Shown here piece by piece: positions 1-13,868 of a stretch of 64,000 bases of DNA. The notes under the pieces were generated by a model that saw only the letters and a list, made by a program, of their open reading frames with translations, was not told where the DNA came from and made no database searches. How positions within the stretch are numbered: position 1 is the stretch's first letter; every line of letters begins with the position of its first letter. The DNA lies in contig JAQGDQ010000040.1 of assembly GCA_030141605.1 (NCBI GenBank), positions 248,001 through 312,000 of the forward strand, in the 5' to 3' direction. This DNA comes from Tubiluchus corallicola. Taxonomy: Eukaryota; Animalia; Priapulida. The position numbers and the translations under genes are program-made.

Positions 1-3000
1 GGCGAACTGCCAATTGCCCAGGGCCTCACGATTCTAGGAGCACCAAGCTGGACCAAATAGTTATCATCTGTATGTTGAAAGTTTGTTTTTCAAAGCCAAA
101 GATCAAAATATATTATTCAAAAATTGGTGTTGTTTTTCATGTCTAAACATTGCTTTCTGTGAAAGTATTTCTATGAGTGGGTAGATGTGTTCAAGATGTA
201 GCAGTTTTAAAGAAGAAATACCCAAAAGGATTAAGCCCGAAGAACAGAGACAATCATGATAGTAGACACAAAGCAGAATAAAAAGCGAAAGCCATAGGTC
301 AATTGAGGTCACGTTGTTCGCCCGCCATGATCACTACGTGCTTAACCAGTGAGCTTAAGTGATTTTAAACTGCCTATTTCGATTTAATGGTGTCAGATAC
401 TACATATGTTTGAGCTAGAAAATTTATAAACATACAGTTCTACGATATCAGTGTAATTGTTATTTGTTTGAATACAGTTACTGCGTTGATGAATGATAAT
501 GCCTCATCAATTCATCATGGCACACATTCACACGTAACCAGTATGGCGCGTGCTGGACGCATTGATTACGTACAGCAATTCACCACAAATCGCCGGGTGT
601 CTAGCCTATTAATAAATAGCTATACCCATCTAAGCAAAATGGTATAAAGTAGCTAAAAGTAATAATTTTATCTTTTAACTGAAAACCCAGGAAGTGGTGG
701 GTAGTTAGTTTAACAACTCATTGTGTGTAAATTCCCTAGACGGTTATACAATAATAATTACGAGGCGGAACACAGATCAGTGCCACTGGCCATTTGGCGG
801 TGAGTGTGTAAACCAAAGGTCCTCAAAAGGGACGCACTCTCTAGGGAGGCATTTCAAATTTAAGGAGAAGAGTTTTTTGCTGGAGGAGGAACTGGCGAGC
901 AATTTAGTCGGAAAAGAAATTCCAAATTGTGAAGCAGTGTACTCTGTGAATGTACTAGCATACAGGCTAATGTGGGCTGGGTACTAAAACTCAATTGAAA
1001 AATTTGTATCGCCGGAATTTTATTATTACCACCCTTTTTTCTTAATAAACCGCTTATACGTCTTAAAAACACATTTGCGCGTTGAAACAAATTTTATTAT
1101 ACACCTAATCAAGATTTATTTTTAATAAGGATTTCTTTATTATTTGATTATAATTAAAACAAGAAATTTAGTTACTTAATTTGTTTTAATAAATGCTGCT
1201 GCAAAAAGACGGTTTTGAAACATTTACTACATGACAATTCAAAATTGAGCACAAATCAAGAAAACTGGGTTTCTAAAAAAAGTCAGAAAATACGTGTTTA
1301 GAGAAATTTGGGAACAGCGAATAAGGTTTACTACGAAATAGGCGAATCTTTTTCGCTACAGTCTAAACAGTTAGCACAAAATGCAGTCTCAACAGCAGGA
1401 GATCTGGGGAAAATATATCTTCTCTGGCCGGTTAATCATCGCCTTCATCGCGTATTTTTGTTCATGGTCAGTGCGTGGCATTTTCAAGAAAGAATCTGCC
1501 TGGTGGCTGAACACGTGATCACCTCGTGTTTCATCTGCTTTCAACTGAATGGCACTGATCAATAATCCACCTAGACTTGCTGCTAGGGGAAGTCTAGAAC
1601 AGGAATCAGCTTCATTCCCAGGCTAAGGACATTTCAATGGCTTCTATATACGATTCCGAAACTCGGGACTCAGGTTTCAAATTTGGAGGCGGCTGATTAA
1701 AATTCGATATAAATAATTCTCGTTTTTATTCTTTCAATACTGCGGCCACTGCTTTTACATGTAGCTAACTGGACACTGTAGGCTTTTTTTGCTTCGCTGC
1801 TGACCTATTTCATTTGTAACGCGTAGAACACAGCTTTCTCTAACAAAACAACAACATCGCGGTCTCAAGCAGGCAGAAAAAATTAACTCACTGAATTTTG
1901 GGAATACGGAATCCGCTGAAGCTACACAAGAAGTGCAGAAGCGTAATGAAGAAGCCAAGATTTTAATATAAGCAAAATTCAGTTCTCACAGAAAAGACAT
2001 TTCCTAAATCCTAATATAAACGTGTGCAGTCTACCCAGTTATGCTCTCATTCTAATTACGCCGTGCATTTACTTAAAATACGTAAGTGATTACTCTTTAA
2101 TAAGTGATAAACAGGTGGTGAATGCGTGCCATTTTCCGTGCAGGATGAACGTTTAGTTCAGCCATATTAGTATACTTCCCTCTATTAAACCACTGTTCGT
2201 CTGACAGGTGGACAATCAGTGAAATTAATGGCTGTTGAGTTTTAATGACCTGTGGAGTTTCCTGCATCTTGTGATCTTAATAGTAGGGACTGTCCTGTTT
2301 TGATAAGAAGCAATAACAGCAAAATTAGATCAATACAACCGCTGTACAATCGATTTTTTCCGATCGCTTTGTAGTTAGCGATAAGAGAAAATTACAGGAA
2401 TTCGGAATTCCCCTGCAGGGGTTACACGGCTTTCGCTCTTGCTATTTTATACATTACACATATTAGCACTAATTCTACAAACGGAAAGAACTTTTCTAGA
2501 GAAAAGGGCTAAGCTTCAGAAGCATGACTTGCACAACTGTCGTTATTGATTAACTCGTGCTATCACCACGTAGCATAAAATTTGCTGCATGTACCACCAA
2601 CTAGTATTATTGCTGTTCTGTACTTAATTTCAGGGAAATTGTTCAGTTTGTGACGATGGAGCGAGAATTTAATTAAATAAACAACAAGCTGTTGCAAACT
2701 CGAAAGCAATTACTGGTCGTGATTGTAAATAAGCAATCAAAACATCTGAAAAGAAGCTAAGAGAAAGCCAAGTAATGTGGTAAAAAACGGAAAAACTGAC
2801 ATCGCACATCAAGGTGGTCCGGACGCTTATTTATATTCGTCGACTCGATTTTTAAGACATGCTTGTTTTAAATAAACTAGCCACGGGTCACTGGATTATG
2901 AACAATTGCGTACTTCTGTTCTGAATCAATGGTGCCACTTCGTCATCTTCATGCCAGTTACAAGCGACGATTTAATGCGCTACTGAAAAACGTGATTCTA

Positions 3001-3427
3001 GAAGAAGTTTCAGTTCACATTTTATCTTTGTTATACGTGCTCTGGGTTACTATTAAATGAGGGTTCTGTACAATATGCAAAGTGTGCAAAGCTTCTCACC
3101 CAGCGACAGACAATATATCACAAGGGTAGAATGAGTTATACAAAAATTTGTAAATAAAGGCCAACATAAGCTTTTATGTTTTTTATTGATTCTAATCTTT
3201 ACAGTTTGTAACGTTTAGTAAACAAAGAAAAAAACAAAAAATAGCATTAATTCACCCAGTAGTTTTACATACAGAGATGAAATATGGTACAATGGATGTT
3301 TTGAAAGGCAATCTCAAGAAAATGACAAAAATTTGGACGGACGGCCTGACAACATTTGCTTGGCGGCTGGGGCTTCAAAAAGGAGGGTGCTTTGCTATAG
3401 TAGCTGCCTTTGTAAATGAGGACATAC

Positions 3428-3588
3428 CTTCCCAGCAGGTCTGCAAAGAAACCCAGACACATGCACCCGATCATAGCACCCACAGTGTACAGGCAGGCAT
3501 TCACGGACCACAATGCTCGCAGGTGAGATTCTACCATATATTCTCCCCTGGTGGCGTTATAAGACTCATTGAAAAACTGCTCCAAAAC
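3428..3588 (-). CDS. GLUT paralog A exon (loop 1, TM2)
   Basis: tttag|GTTTTGGAG...GGAAG|gtatgt, 161 nt, LWSVNACLYTVGAMIG...ADLLGR. Confidence 0.92.
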
Positions 3589-6500
3589 CTAAATGAAAAA
3601 CAACATTATACATAAGTAATCCAAAATGCGAAGCATCGGATTACTTGCTTATTGAGTTTTTCTCTCCAACTGTCTGGCTATCATTTAGAAAACCAGTTAT
3701 TATTGTCATGGTCCGTTTCTTCATAAAATTCTAGTACATCTGTATATGAAGTAATGTGACGTCACACTATTAAAAACTGGAAAACCTACTACATAAAGAA
3801 CGAAATGAAAGCACAATCATGGTGAAACAGACCTCTTAATAGAACTACATTGTTAAGTGATGAACCTAAAAAGTTGGCCAACATCTCTGACTGTCACAGA
3901 AGCTTGTGACATCACAATTTTTAAATTTCAATCACTTTTTTATTTCATAGGAAGCGAAGAAACGAACCTAAGGAACGAACTACGTTTTTTTATAAATCTC
4001 ATTAAAAACAAGAAGATTTCTCAAGTTTACAGCACCAGAGGCATTTTATTAGAAGAATTATTGCTTGAGGTTACTTGATCCAAATTCAAAGGCCTGCATT
4101 CTGCATATGAAGTAGTTTTTGATAAATCACTGCATTGGAAATTGCTTTAAAATGACGCATTGCACACTGTTCCACAAAAAAGGACTCCATAATTTACACT
4201 ACTCTTTTAAAGATAAAAATTATTACATCACATACAACACTGACAAAATGAAAGCATATTTGGCACAGGAATTGTTATTGTTAACGACAGTGTTGATAGT
4301 TCACTGTATCACAATTTACTTATTCTTATGAGTAAATTTTAGCTGAGATAGGTGTGGCTTGACTTGACGACTATATGTTTTTCTGTCACCCCAACTTCTA
4401 AATTAGCCTTTTCACACTGCCAGCGATTGATGATGATCGTGAAAAGGTCAAAGGATAAGTGAACCTAACAACGTTAGTTGAACCAAACAACGCATTTGTT
4501 TACACTTGCAATGCCTCGCAGCCCATGCTGTTGTATTAGTAACAGTTCTTGCCGTTAATTTTCGCTTTAGTTTTTCATTTTACGGGGATCGCTGCTTCTA
4601 TTTTGCTAGCTGTTTTCGGATAAGAACAACATGTCAGCCTAAAACATTAGTGCACGTATAGTTTATAATAACAATAACCACGTGTTTTACCTCTTTTACC
4701 TGCATGTAGTTATGTATATAAGGTCATGTGACTATTGTAGTTAAGCAAGATGTGCTAGGCTCAGTTAACCTACAGCAACAGCGCGTGCGCATAGCAAAAC
4801 TGTGGAAACAGCTATTAATTGCAAAATTATTGCTCTACTTGTAACCTCAAAAGTCGTGAAAGTCATGAATAAATTTAATTGAATTGAATATAATGTCTCT
4901 ACTTACCTCTTGTGGAGGATTTATAACCACCATGTTATATCCAAATGGAAACGTTGTTCCTATGGTCACAATGATGGACGTAAATAGGAGCTGCCATGTC
5001 ATACCCTGTCAAATTAATTAAGTCAACTGTTATTTGTAAATCTTTTTTCCTTTTCCATTTTTTTATCTTAATAATGAGAACAAAGAATAAAACAACAATA
5101 TCAATAGCAATGCCAACTAGTTGTAAAAATGATAAATTTTTATGAGCATTAAATATTTATGCCTGAGTGTTTAACGGCAATACCCAGGGAACATCCTATA
5201 AATTTTTTACATCCAAATTTAAACTAAAAAGCAAGTTTGAACATCCAAGCGTCAAAATAATCCAAAAAATCCTTGGCTCAAATGTAAACAATTATGACTT
5301 TTTGCATCATTTTGCAATGCATTTGCAAGTTTGTTTTTTAATAGGAAATCATTTCGTGCATCAGGAAGTATGTTTAGCATGTATTACCTACCTGAAATTT
5401 GTTTCTAAAATAATCAGCAATCCCCATGATGTTTGTTGATGTTATCCGACAACGTCACTACCGACTTGTGCTCTTTTAATGCCTTTTTTCAGTGCAGCTT
5501 CTACTCTTTTTAGATTTGTTATCTGGAAAAAACAAGACAACCTATTTGTTATGTTTTTTCTATTAGTTAGTAACGGAAGTCAGCTATATTTTGTATGTAA
5601 AAAAAAGCAACTTGATTTCTTCACTGTTCACATATTTTATATCTGTCATGTTTCTGTACAGCATAGCTCAAAGCATCAATTGCGACTTTCATTGGGTCTT
5701 CTCAGATATTTTCCTTCAATGATGTTTAGCGCATTTAGCACGTCTCTCACATAGAACTGCTACAACAAAGTGGCAAAAAAAGCACGAACATCACAAAAAA
5801 AGAAGAAAAGTTGGATATACGATAACTACGGTGTTTTAGTCTAAGGAAATCTGTGGAAACACAGCCAATCAGCTAGAAATATAAAACCTTGATTGCAGGA
5901 AATGCTGCAGACCTTATGGTTTCAAGGGTGTAAACATGAAGAGAGCACGTCTTAACATTTGCTTGAATGGTTGTGGCAAATAGAAGTTTAAGCAAGACAG
6001 ACACTGCCAAGAAATGGTTAAGTAGAAGAACCGAAAAACTTGTCAGATAGAACACATAGTAACAAGGAAAAGATGGAGTTTGATGATAACTCTCTGTAAA
6101 GAAGAATAAAGAAAAATAAGACATTTTCACAGTATCTAACAATTAAAAAATTACTTGCATTTTGCCAACAGGAGGTTGTTCTTTTGTTTATTGTCTATCT
6201 GAAACTGAGCACTGTGAAACAACGCATGTACATAAATTGAAGTATCAAAAATCCAGGTAAAGGTACGAAGAAATTAGTAAATCGAACACATTAAATATCT
6301 TTCTGGTAATCAATGTCTAAAAACCATAAAATTGTCCAGTACCCGAAACTCAAATTAAATTCAAAATTAGGCATTATAGACAGCAACATTAATATTGTCC
6401 AATCACTGGCCAGACACCAGCACTGCTAAATCAAAAGAAAGGCAGCTCGACGTTTATGTGTTTGATTACTTTCTAGAAACGTCAAAATTTATTTCTCTGG

Positions 6501-6721
6501 CCATATATATATAAACTTATACTCCAGCTTATATCGTAAAATTTCACGAAATCACTGTTGCATCACCGAATACTCGCAACATACATTAAAACACCGTTTC
6601 TAAATACCACGACCTACAGCTCAAGGTGGAGGTCACAGGCCCACATGATTCTCACCTGTATCTTTTTCGTATTCTGAATTTCTGATTGCGCTGGTAAAGA
6701 ACGTTGCTCGCTGATAAGCAT
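3428..6721 (-). CDS. SLC2A/GLUT-family facilitated sugar transporter, paralog A (5' part only: coding exons 6721-6656, 5005-4907, 3588-3428)
   Basis: The spliced frame reads MLISEQRSLPAQSEIQNTKKIQ|[33 protein letters not shown]|VLEQFFNESYNATRGEYMVESHLRALWSVNACLYTVGAMIGCMCLGFFADLLGR. It contains the GLUT TM1 motif FGYNxxVIN-P, N-glycosylation sequons in loop 1 and the D-x-x-GR motif. All junctions are GT-AG and in phase (0,0,2). Later exons were not found in 1-3427. Confidence 0.88.
4907..5005 (-). CDS. GLUT paralog A exon (TM1)
   Basis: ag|GGTATGACA...CAAGAG|gtaagt, 99 nt, [33 protein letters not shown]. Confidence 0.92.
6656..6721 (-). CDS. GLUT paralog A, probable first coding exon
   Basis: 66-nt open frame from ATG to a CAG|GTGAG donor, phase 0, matching the next exon. 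There is no family motif in it, so it is less certain. Confidence 0.6.
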
Positions 6722-9700
6722 CCGCTTGCACGGTATTTTTATTCAAGCATGACTTTACCTTGAATTATTTTCAGGCGGCGAGGACCATTGTGTGGAAACG
6801 AGAGAAAATACCTAGTACTGTAGTTGTAAACAACTTTCGAGGAAAGCTATACCTGAGAGATTGATTCAAACAGTGAACAAGTCACACAAAAAATGAAAAA
6901 TCCGAACCCGTGAAACAGTGAACTGAGCAATTGATACAAATGAGCCAGATTAGTCTAACAAGCAACTAGTACATGAAGTAAAAACGAAACTAAACGTCCG
7001 ACTGCGTGTACAATTTCTTATCAGGCAATTCTCAATATGGGAATTAAGAGAAACTCATGTAAGGCTAGAATCGCCGAACAAGTACGGTGGTAACAACCTC
7101 TCTGAAGTAAATTTAAAATTATCTCTATGTACCTATTCACCTAAATTAATATCAGGACTGTTTTTACCAAATGACTAAAGGCATGGTACTAACACATGCC
7201 AAAACTAAAAATAAGATACCCGAAACTAAAAATTTGAATTGGTTTTGGAATAAAATTGGAGTGAATTGGAATAAAATTGCCAAACTTTTACATTCACATC
7301 GGTAAATCTTTATGAATAATTTATGAGTCTTTTGTCTTAGCTAAGTATTATGTTATAACGTTCACCGGGACTCGACTATCATTTATGTCGTGGGTTCTTC
7401 AAAAACTTCTTTGTCAAACATTAATAGTTTGACTGTAAACTCCTTGAAAATGCTCATCTAATTGTAGTGCAGCCCCGTGAGTCGTGCTTGGGTTGGCATG
7501 GCAACATCATTAGAGAGAAATGCAAACAGCACGGAGCCAATTATAACTGATGCATACATCACATATCTAGAAGTTCAACGAATTGATTTATTTTATTCCA
7601 ATATAGATAACAAACAAGAAACGGACCCTTGCACAAATTTCATTTCATTAACCGGGAGGTACACACTTTAATTAACCAGGTATTAACTATTATTATTTCA
7701 GTTATTATTATTGCAAACTAACTGATGCAGCGATGATATGCCATGTATTTCAAGTAAGAATCTAATTTGCAGATAAAGGGGCGACATCCTTATTTCAATG
7801 TATCGCAATTAACATATGTATGGTAAATTTATTGTATCACTGTATGTGTAATTGTGTATACCTATGTGGTATGATTTTTTACGAACTGAGTCAGGTAGTA
7901 CAGAATAAGTGTTACGTAAATTTTATGTATTTCCGTTCACAGCACATCAGAAAATCCGAAAGGAATTTGGGTGGTAATAGAGTTTAGAGACTAACCGCCT
8001 TAAATCAAATGTAAATAAATACAAATTGTTATTCTGACCAAAAACTAGAAAAAATGTATTCGGCACACATAAGGCTTTAATTGCAACGTTGATGTATTGT
8101 TAAGTTTGTATAGTCTTAATTTCCAATGTTTTAAATATAAAATAAATTATTATCAAAGCTTAGATTGTATGTGCTATTAGGCACTAATCTATAGTTCAAC
8201 AAAAGCTTTACAAGGGCCCAGTATTTAGGAGTCACTTAACTAAACATAACATGATTTAAAATAGCAATTCTTGTAGGTTTACATTGTTATAATCGCTAAC
8301 TATTGCATAATACATTGTACTGTATGAGAAATGCGGGTGCTATAGCAACCGCCCACGTTGTTCAAGTATTGGAATGTACGTATATGCTCTGCTGTAGAAC
8401 GGCTCTGTTATAGGTGTATAAAATTCTGCTGAAGGCAAAATGTGAAAATTGAAAACAAAAATTTAAAATTTAAATGAATATCTATTTACGCAAACTAACA
8501 ATATCATAAAGTATTTCTTTCATAATTGCACGACAGTCCTAAATCCCTGATTAGCCGCAGAAAAACGGAAAACGCGATGTAACAAACAAAAGTTTACAAT
8601 AGTTTCTTTCTTGAAATTATGCTCTCAAATCAGCAAAAACCGTCGGTTTTTAATAAATCAGAAGCATAAAATAGCAAAAATACAATTTTTAAACCCCTGG
8701 GCGTAAGGGTTTCTATGTTATATTTTCGATTCTAGCCGTTTCAATTTTAGTTTTATTCAGCTCCCAGCAAAAAACTTTCCTCGAACATGACGCCAGCATC
8801 CATGATATTACTACTAGGAATAACGGAAGCGTGACGTTACGAGGGAGTGTCTGCCGACTGCCGAGATCTCAGCGGCACAGAGGGCGCGGAATGTGAAGGG
8901 TTACTCTATTCTTGCATGAGTCACACTTGAACGTGCGTTCATTTCGTTCAAAACCTCCTAACAAAGTGATTGTATGCCGGATGACGAACACGTGGGCGAG
9001 TCTGGCTCGTCCACGCCGTTTGGCGGAGGTTTTTAAAATCTGCAATAAACCCACGTCGTACAGCGTTATTAGAGCTTTGCGGCTTTTTGATACAGCAGTT
9101 TATCGAAACGCAAAACAACGAAAAAATGTAATTTGAATAGAAGTTGGTGGTAAGCCATAAAAACTGCAATACGATTTATATCAAACCTCTATAAGAAATC
9201 TTCTACGCCGACTCAAGATATATTTTTGCAAGATTTGATTTGTTTACTTTAAATGAAAAATTTATGTATGCATGTATATAAAATTAGTATAATTACATGA
9301 TCTATACTTATATAATATAGCTACTGCAGTGACAGCACATAGTCTCGTGAAAACAAGCAATATATATACAATCATATAAGCAACCAGCAACGTTTTGTGT
9401 ATGCATAGTATCTGTTAAGTGTAAAGTTGCCTTTTGAAAAGATTTCAAGAGTAAGTGACCAAAAGCGTCTTCTTGGACAAAAGGTGGATGAACTCTTCTG
9501 AATCAATCAATGATCAGTTACACCTGTGTGCGACGGGTTCAGCTGACCACTTAATTGAAAAATTGCTGTTGTTGACGTAGCCATGTGACAGTGACACTAT
9601 TTGACCCTTTAATTTTGGTTGAACTTCACAGTCTAACTTAGTAGATAGGGTACTGGCCCTAAGAACTTTGTTTGTAACGCGAGATTTAGTCTCTAATGAT

Positions 9701-12237
9701 ACCCGGAGCCTGGAGGCATAATACATATTGGAAAGCACAATGTATTTTGAGCGGCAGAAAGCTCGGGATTGTAGAAAAGGTCACCTTTCTAAGCAAAATC
9801 AATAATTTCTGCTGAATCATGGAAGCTGTTGCAGCAAGTGAAATGATGAACAGTAAGACTGCGATATCGCAAATGCCAGCATGGTAGTAAAAAGGGAGGC
9901 TGCCTCGATCAAAAATGTTTATTACCTCGATTTAGGAAAGAGGCCCAGAAGACAGTTGATCTTTAGTACTAGTGCACAACACACAGCGACCTAACATACA
10001 TTACGTAATACGTTAATTGCATCTTAACATACATTTACGCACATTTTCTGAGGTTCTAAAATACCAAGAAATAAAATAAAACGGTACTTCCGTGACAACG
10101 AACTTTTTCTGGTAAAAGGGAGACATCTCTATACATTTTTATCAGCAACAGATTTAACAAGTTATAAAGTATAGTGTAAATTATTGCAACTCCTGTATGT
10201 GTAATAATGTGAAATGATTCCCATAGATTAAATTATCATGCCTAGTTGGTCAACTAACTCAATTTTTAACGTTTCCAAAAACAAATTAAGAATGAGGAGG
10301 CTAGCAAATTAACCCTCAGCTGTTTCTGCTTACTCTGACTTCTTGTAGAGAGTTCGTCAGTGGGTTGTTATGAATATCTGGTAGATTGGTCACTGGACTA
10401 CCGTGGCAAAGAGACTTATCCAGTATTATTTGACCAAAAATATCCTATTATTCAATAATAGTTACATATTTGTTTGTGATCAGCTATTACGATACAAAAT
10501 TTTATATCATAATACAAGTTTATATGTTACAAGTTTACAACTATTTTGTGAAACATAACTAAATGCTTGGGATTGGCATTTTTAAGTCTAACAGTTGTAA
10601 CATTTAATTGATTTTATTAAATTTATTTGAATGCTTGCACTAGAACACTTTTGCTCTTAGTTTAAAATATTTACAGTTGTTTGAGTTTGTTTTAGATAGA
10701 AAGGAAAAACAAAGACGAATAAATCAAGCTTTCGATCAATGATGACAAAATTTCATCAACATCTGCTCTGCATAACTTCATGTTTTATTTTTTCAGCAGA
10801 ACACGTGTACAGTGAAATTTTTTTCAAACGTTAACTTCTGTTTTAATCAAAATGACTAATGACTTAACATTCGCCGTCACACATACTGTACGTAAACCCC
10901 CACGCCGTAAACTTGTTTATCAAACACAAAGGATTGGCCCGGTTTACGTTCACTCACAAAATTGCCTCTAAAAAAGCGTTCCCGCTCAGACTGTGTCTTA
11001 CGCCAGCGCGCTAATTTAGACAAAGGTATTCTTTTCCCTGCAAGCCACGTCATCAGGTTTTACAAAACGTTTTCACAATATGTGTTAAATTCAGACAGCA
11101 TTGAAAGAAAGTAAAAGATTATACATGTACCACTTATCATACTCTTCATTATCTGACAGTAGAATTTTGAAACATTCCAAAGAAAATTGCCAAAATTTCC
11201 AATTAAGCAACTAAAAAACAGTTGATACCTTTATATTTTGATATTCCGTGATGTGAAATTGATAACAGCAGTCACTAAATAAACACTAAAATTCTAAAAG
11301 CAGTGAATTTTAACAACAATGTTAACTACTTCGTCAGCTGTTTTACAATACCGGCTGCCGGCAGCGTGACGCAAAATCCGTTACCCATGACATCACCACG
11401 AATATTACGAAACTGCACACATGAACGTCTCTGATTGGTTAATCTGCTCTAAGCTTGAACAATAAATAATGCCCGATGGGGGTGGGTTGATCAATCAGTT
11501 ACCAGAAAATTTACTGTTTAGATAATTTTGTTTTTGTTGTTGTAAAACCTTGTAAGATCTTGCTGGCAGTTTGTGCAGTAAAAACGCATCTGTACGCTTG
11601 TGATAATTTTGTGATAAGTAACTAGAGTTTGCTAACCGCTTAAACTGCTTGTCAGTAAAATGAAAATGTCATGGATGCAGCCCCCCGCTCAATGCTTATT
11701 GTACAATCAACTGCCGACAGAGAACGCTACTATCCAACGAACCTCCTTGAAAGATTAAGATCTTTGCTGAACTGGTCAACTGAGGTCAAACTAGACGATA
11801 GGTTATGGGCGTTATTACGCCGCGCCCGGCGCTTGTGGAAATGGATTATGTTTAGTGTTAGGTCAATCACTATCAGACCAATTAAAATAAAGTAATTACA
11901 ATAATTTAGTTTTAAATGATACAAAATGGCTTATTGTTCATTACAAATGACTTATATAAATATAGTGTCATTTGCACAGTGCAACTAATTAGCAATCAGA
12001 TTTGGTGCCAAAGGTTTCGTTATTTTTAATTCAGAAATTCAGCTAGTAAATTTTGTATGTTTAAATTATTTATAATCTCTCAGCTGCTTTAACTCGGAAG
12101 TGGTGCTGATAAGTCACTGGGGTAGCAGTGTCTAGTTTTTTGCTGTGTTACTGCTGTGCTTGCCTGTCTGAAGCGCATATTTCTTTTGTTTTAGAATTCT
12201 GCCTGCCCGCAATGTCAACAATATAAGTAATGGGCGT

Positions 12238-12258
12238 ATGATGATGATGATGATGATG
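12238..12258. repeat. (ATG)n microsatellite
   Basis: About 7 perfect ATG units. Confidence 0.8.
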
Positions 12259-13334
12259 AGATGAGCTGATTTTGCTTCTGGCAAAATTATTTTACAGTAG
12301 CTTAGGTTACAATCGGTTTTTGGTTACTTTTGTTCCCTTGTTACTACTCTTGTTACTATTTATTTTTAGCTTTGCACTGAAATTACTTATACGTGCCTAC
12401 TTTATTACTAACATTTTCAGGTTTGTTTACTTGTTTGATTTATATTTAGCTTAGTTATCATTGGATTAATTTTTTATAATCTCCTTCTTGATATCTTTAG
12501 TTATGTTCGTAATTTTTTATTGTTTGTTTTTGTTGCCTTACATTGAATTATTGCTCAGGTTAATGTATTTTCTTTCTTGTTAAAATTTTAAGTCAGTTTT
12601 TTGTCTTGCATTTACATGATTTAGCTCAAAATTGTATTTGATTAATAACTTAGTTATGTTTTTCAGTATTATATTTTCTAATGATAATTTCGTTACTCAA
12701 GTCATTTAACTGCCAATTATGTTCGTCATATAAAATTGATAAAGTGCCATAATTAATACTATACAATCTTAACTGTATAAGGCTGGCTGAATAGATAGCC
12801 CGTGGTTTCTTCGCCGCTATTTCCTTTGCTTTAATAATATTGCATGCACTGCCTCTAACCTGATAATTTTGGGGAGTTAATAAGATAAACTGAATTGAAT
12901 TGAATAGGCCAGAGAAGTCAGTCAGAGAATAAAATATTCGCAGCGCGAATGCAAAAATGTCTGGCAACAATTTAATATAAGACGCGGGCTGCGCAGCAGA
13001 TGCAATAGTACTGGTCCATTAATACAATTAAAATACTGTAATAAAACAATAAAATTGTATGACGGTCAAAATGTAGACAGGCAATTCAATAATAGCAGAA
13101 ATCACAATACAGATAAACAACCAACAACTCATGTCAAAAAGCATAATATATTTGCTCATAAAATTCATATTATAGCCAAGTTATAAAAGTGCATGTAATT
13201 ATAAGATGCATTATGTAGTTAAAAAATTGATAAAACACAAACCGCGACCTCCTTGCTTGAGAATTGAAATATTTTTAAGTTATTTACAAGAGTTAGAACT
13301 ATCACAGAATATGTGACTCTAAATAAACCTACAG

Positions 13335-13868
13335 CTATGTAACCATAGATACAACTTTAGCTCTATTAGCTGCACTAGTGATACTTTGAGGCTGTTTTCC
13401 GCTTCTCCAGTCCTGAAATTTGCAGAAAGCATCGATGGCATAGACAATCATTGCCAAATATCCGAAAAATGCTGCTGCTGCCCAACCTTTTGTGGCTCCA
13501 ACAGTATCGAAAATAACAGCCAAATATGTTATACAAGCTGAGCCTGTCAGGAACAGAACTGTCCAAAGAAAGCAGTGAATAAACTCTACGAGGTACCACG
13601 GAGTCTTAAACAGGTATTCAATCACGTGAAACAAGTACAGAAGAAGCAGTATTGATGTCCACATGAGTGCTGTTAAAGCTACAAATTCAAAAAATGCGTC
13701 CTTTGGTTCTATGTTTACACCAACGATAACGCAAGAAAGAAATGCAAGGAAACTTGTCGCCATTTGTGTCAGTTTGAGGATTCCTGAAAACGTCCTTGCA
13801 TAACTAGGATCCCAGTATGGCTTGTGATCTTGATAAGATCTTGTGGTAGGCCTAGTTTGAGGCGCCAT
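13335..13868 (-). CDS. MARVEL-domain four-TM protein (CMTM/plasmolipin/MAL-like), 177 aa
   Basis: Motifs YARTFSGILKLTQM, FFEFVA, LLLLYLFH, PWYLVEF and AAAFFGYLAMIVYAIDAF are typical of MARVEL/CMTM proteins, with four hydrophobic segments. The CDS is uninterrupted, and a tttag|G acceptor about 20 nt upstream of the ATG implies a 5'-UTR intron. Confidence 0.9.
   Translation of the reverse strand: MAPQTRPTTRSYQDHKPYWDPSYARTFSGILKLTQMATSFLAFLSCVIVGVNIEPKDAFFEFVALTALMWTSILLLLYLFHVIEYLFKTPWYLVEFIHCFLWTVLFLTGSACITYLAVIFDTVGATKGWAAAAFFGYLAMIVYAIDAFCKFQDWRSGKQPQSITSAANRAKVVSMVT

Noticed and set aside
1-3427. Further exons of GLUT paralog A and short ORFs
   Set aside because: No GLUT exon-4-like sequence (GR..G motif) with splice sites was found; the short ORFs have no recognisable motifs
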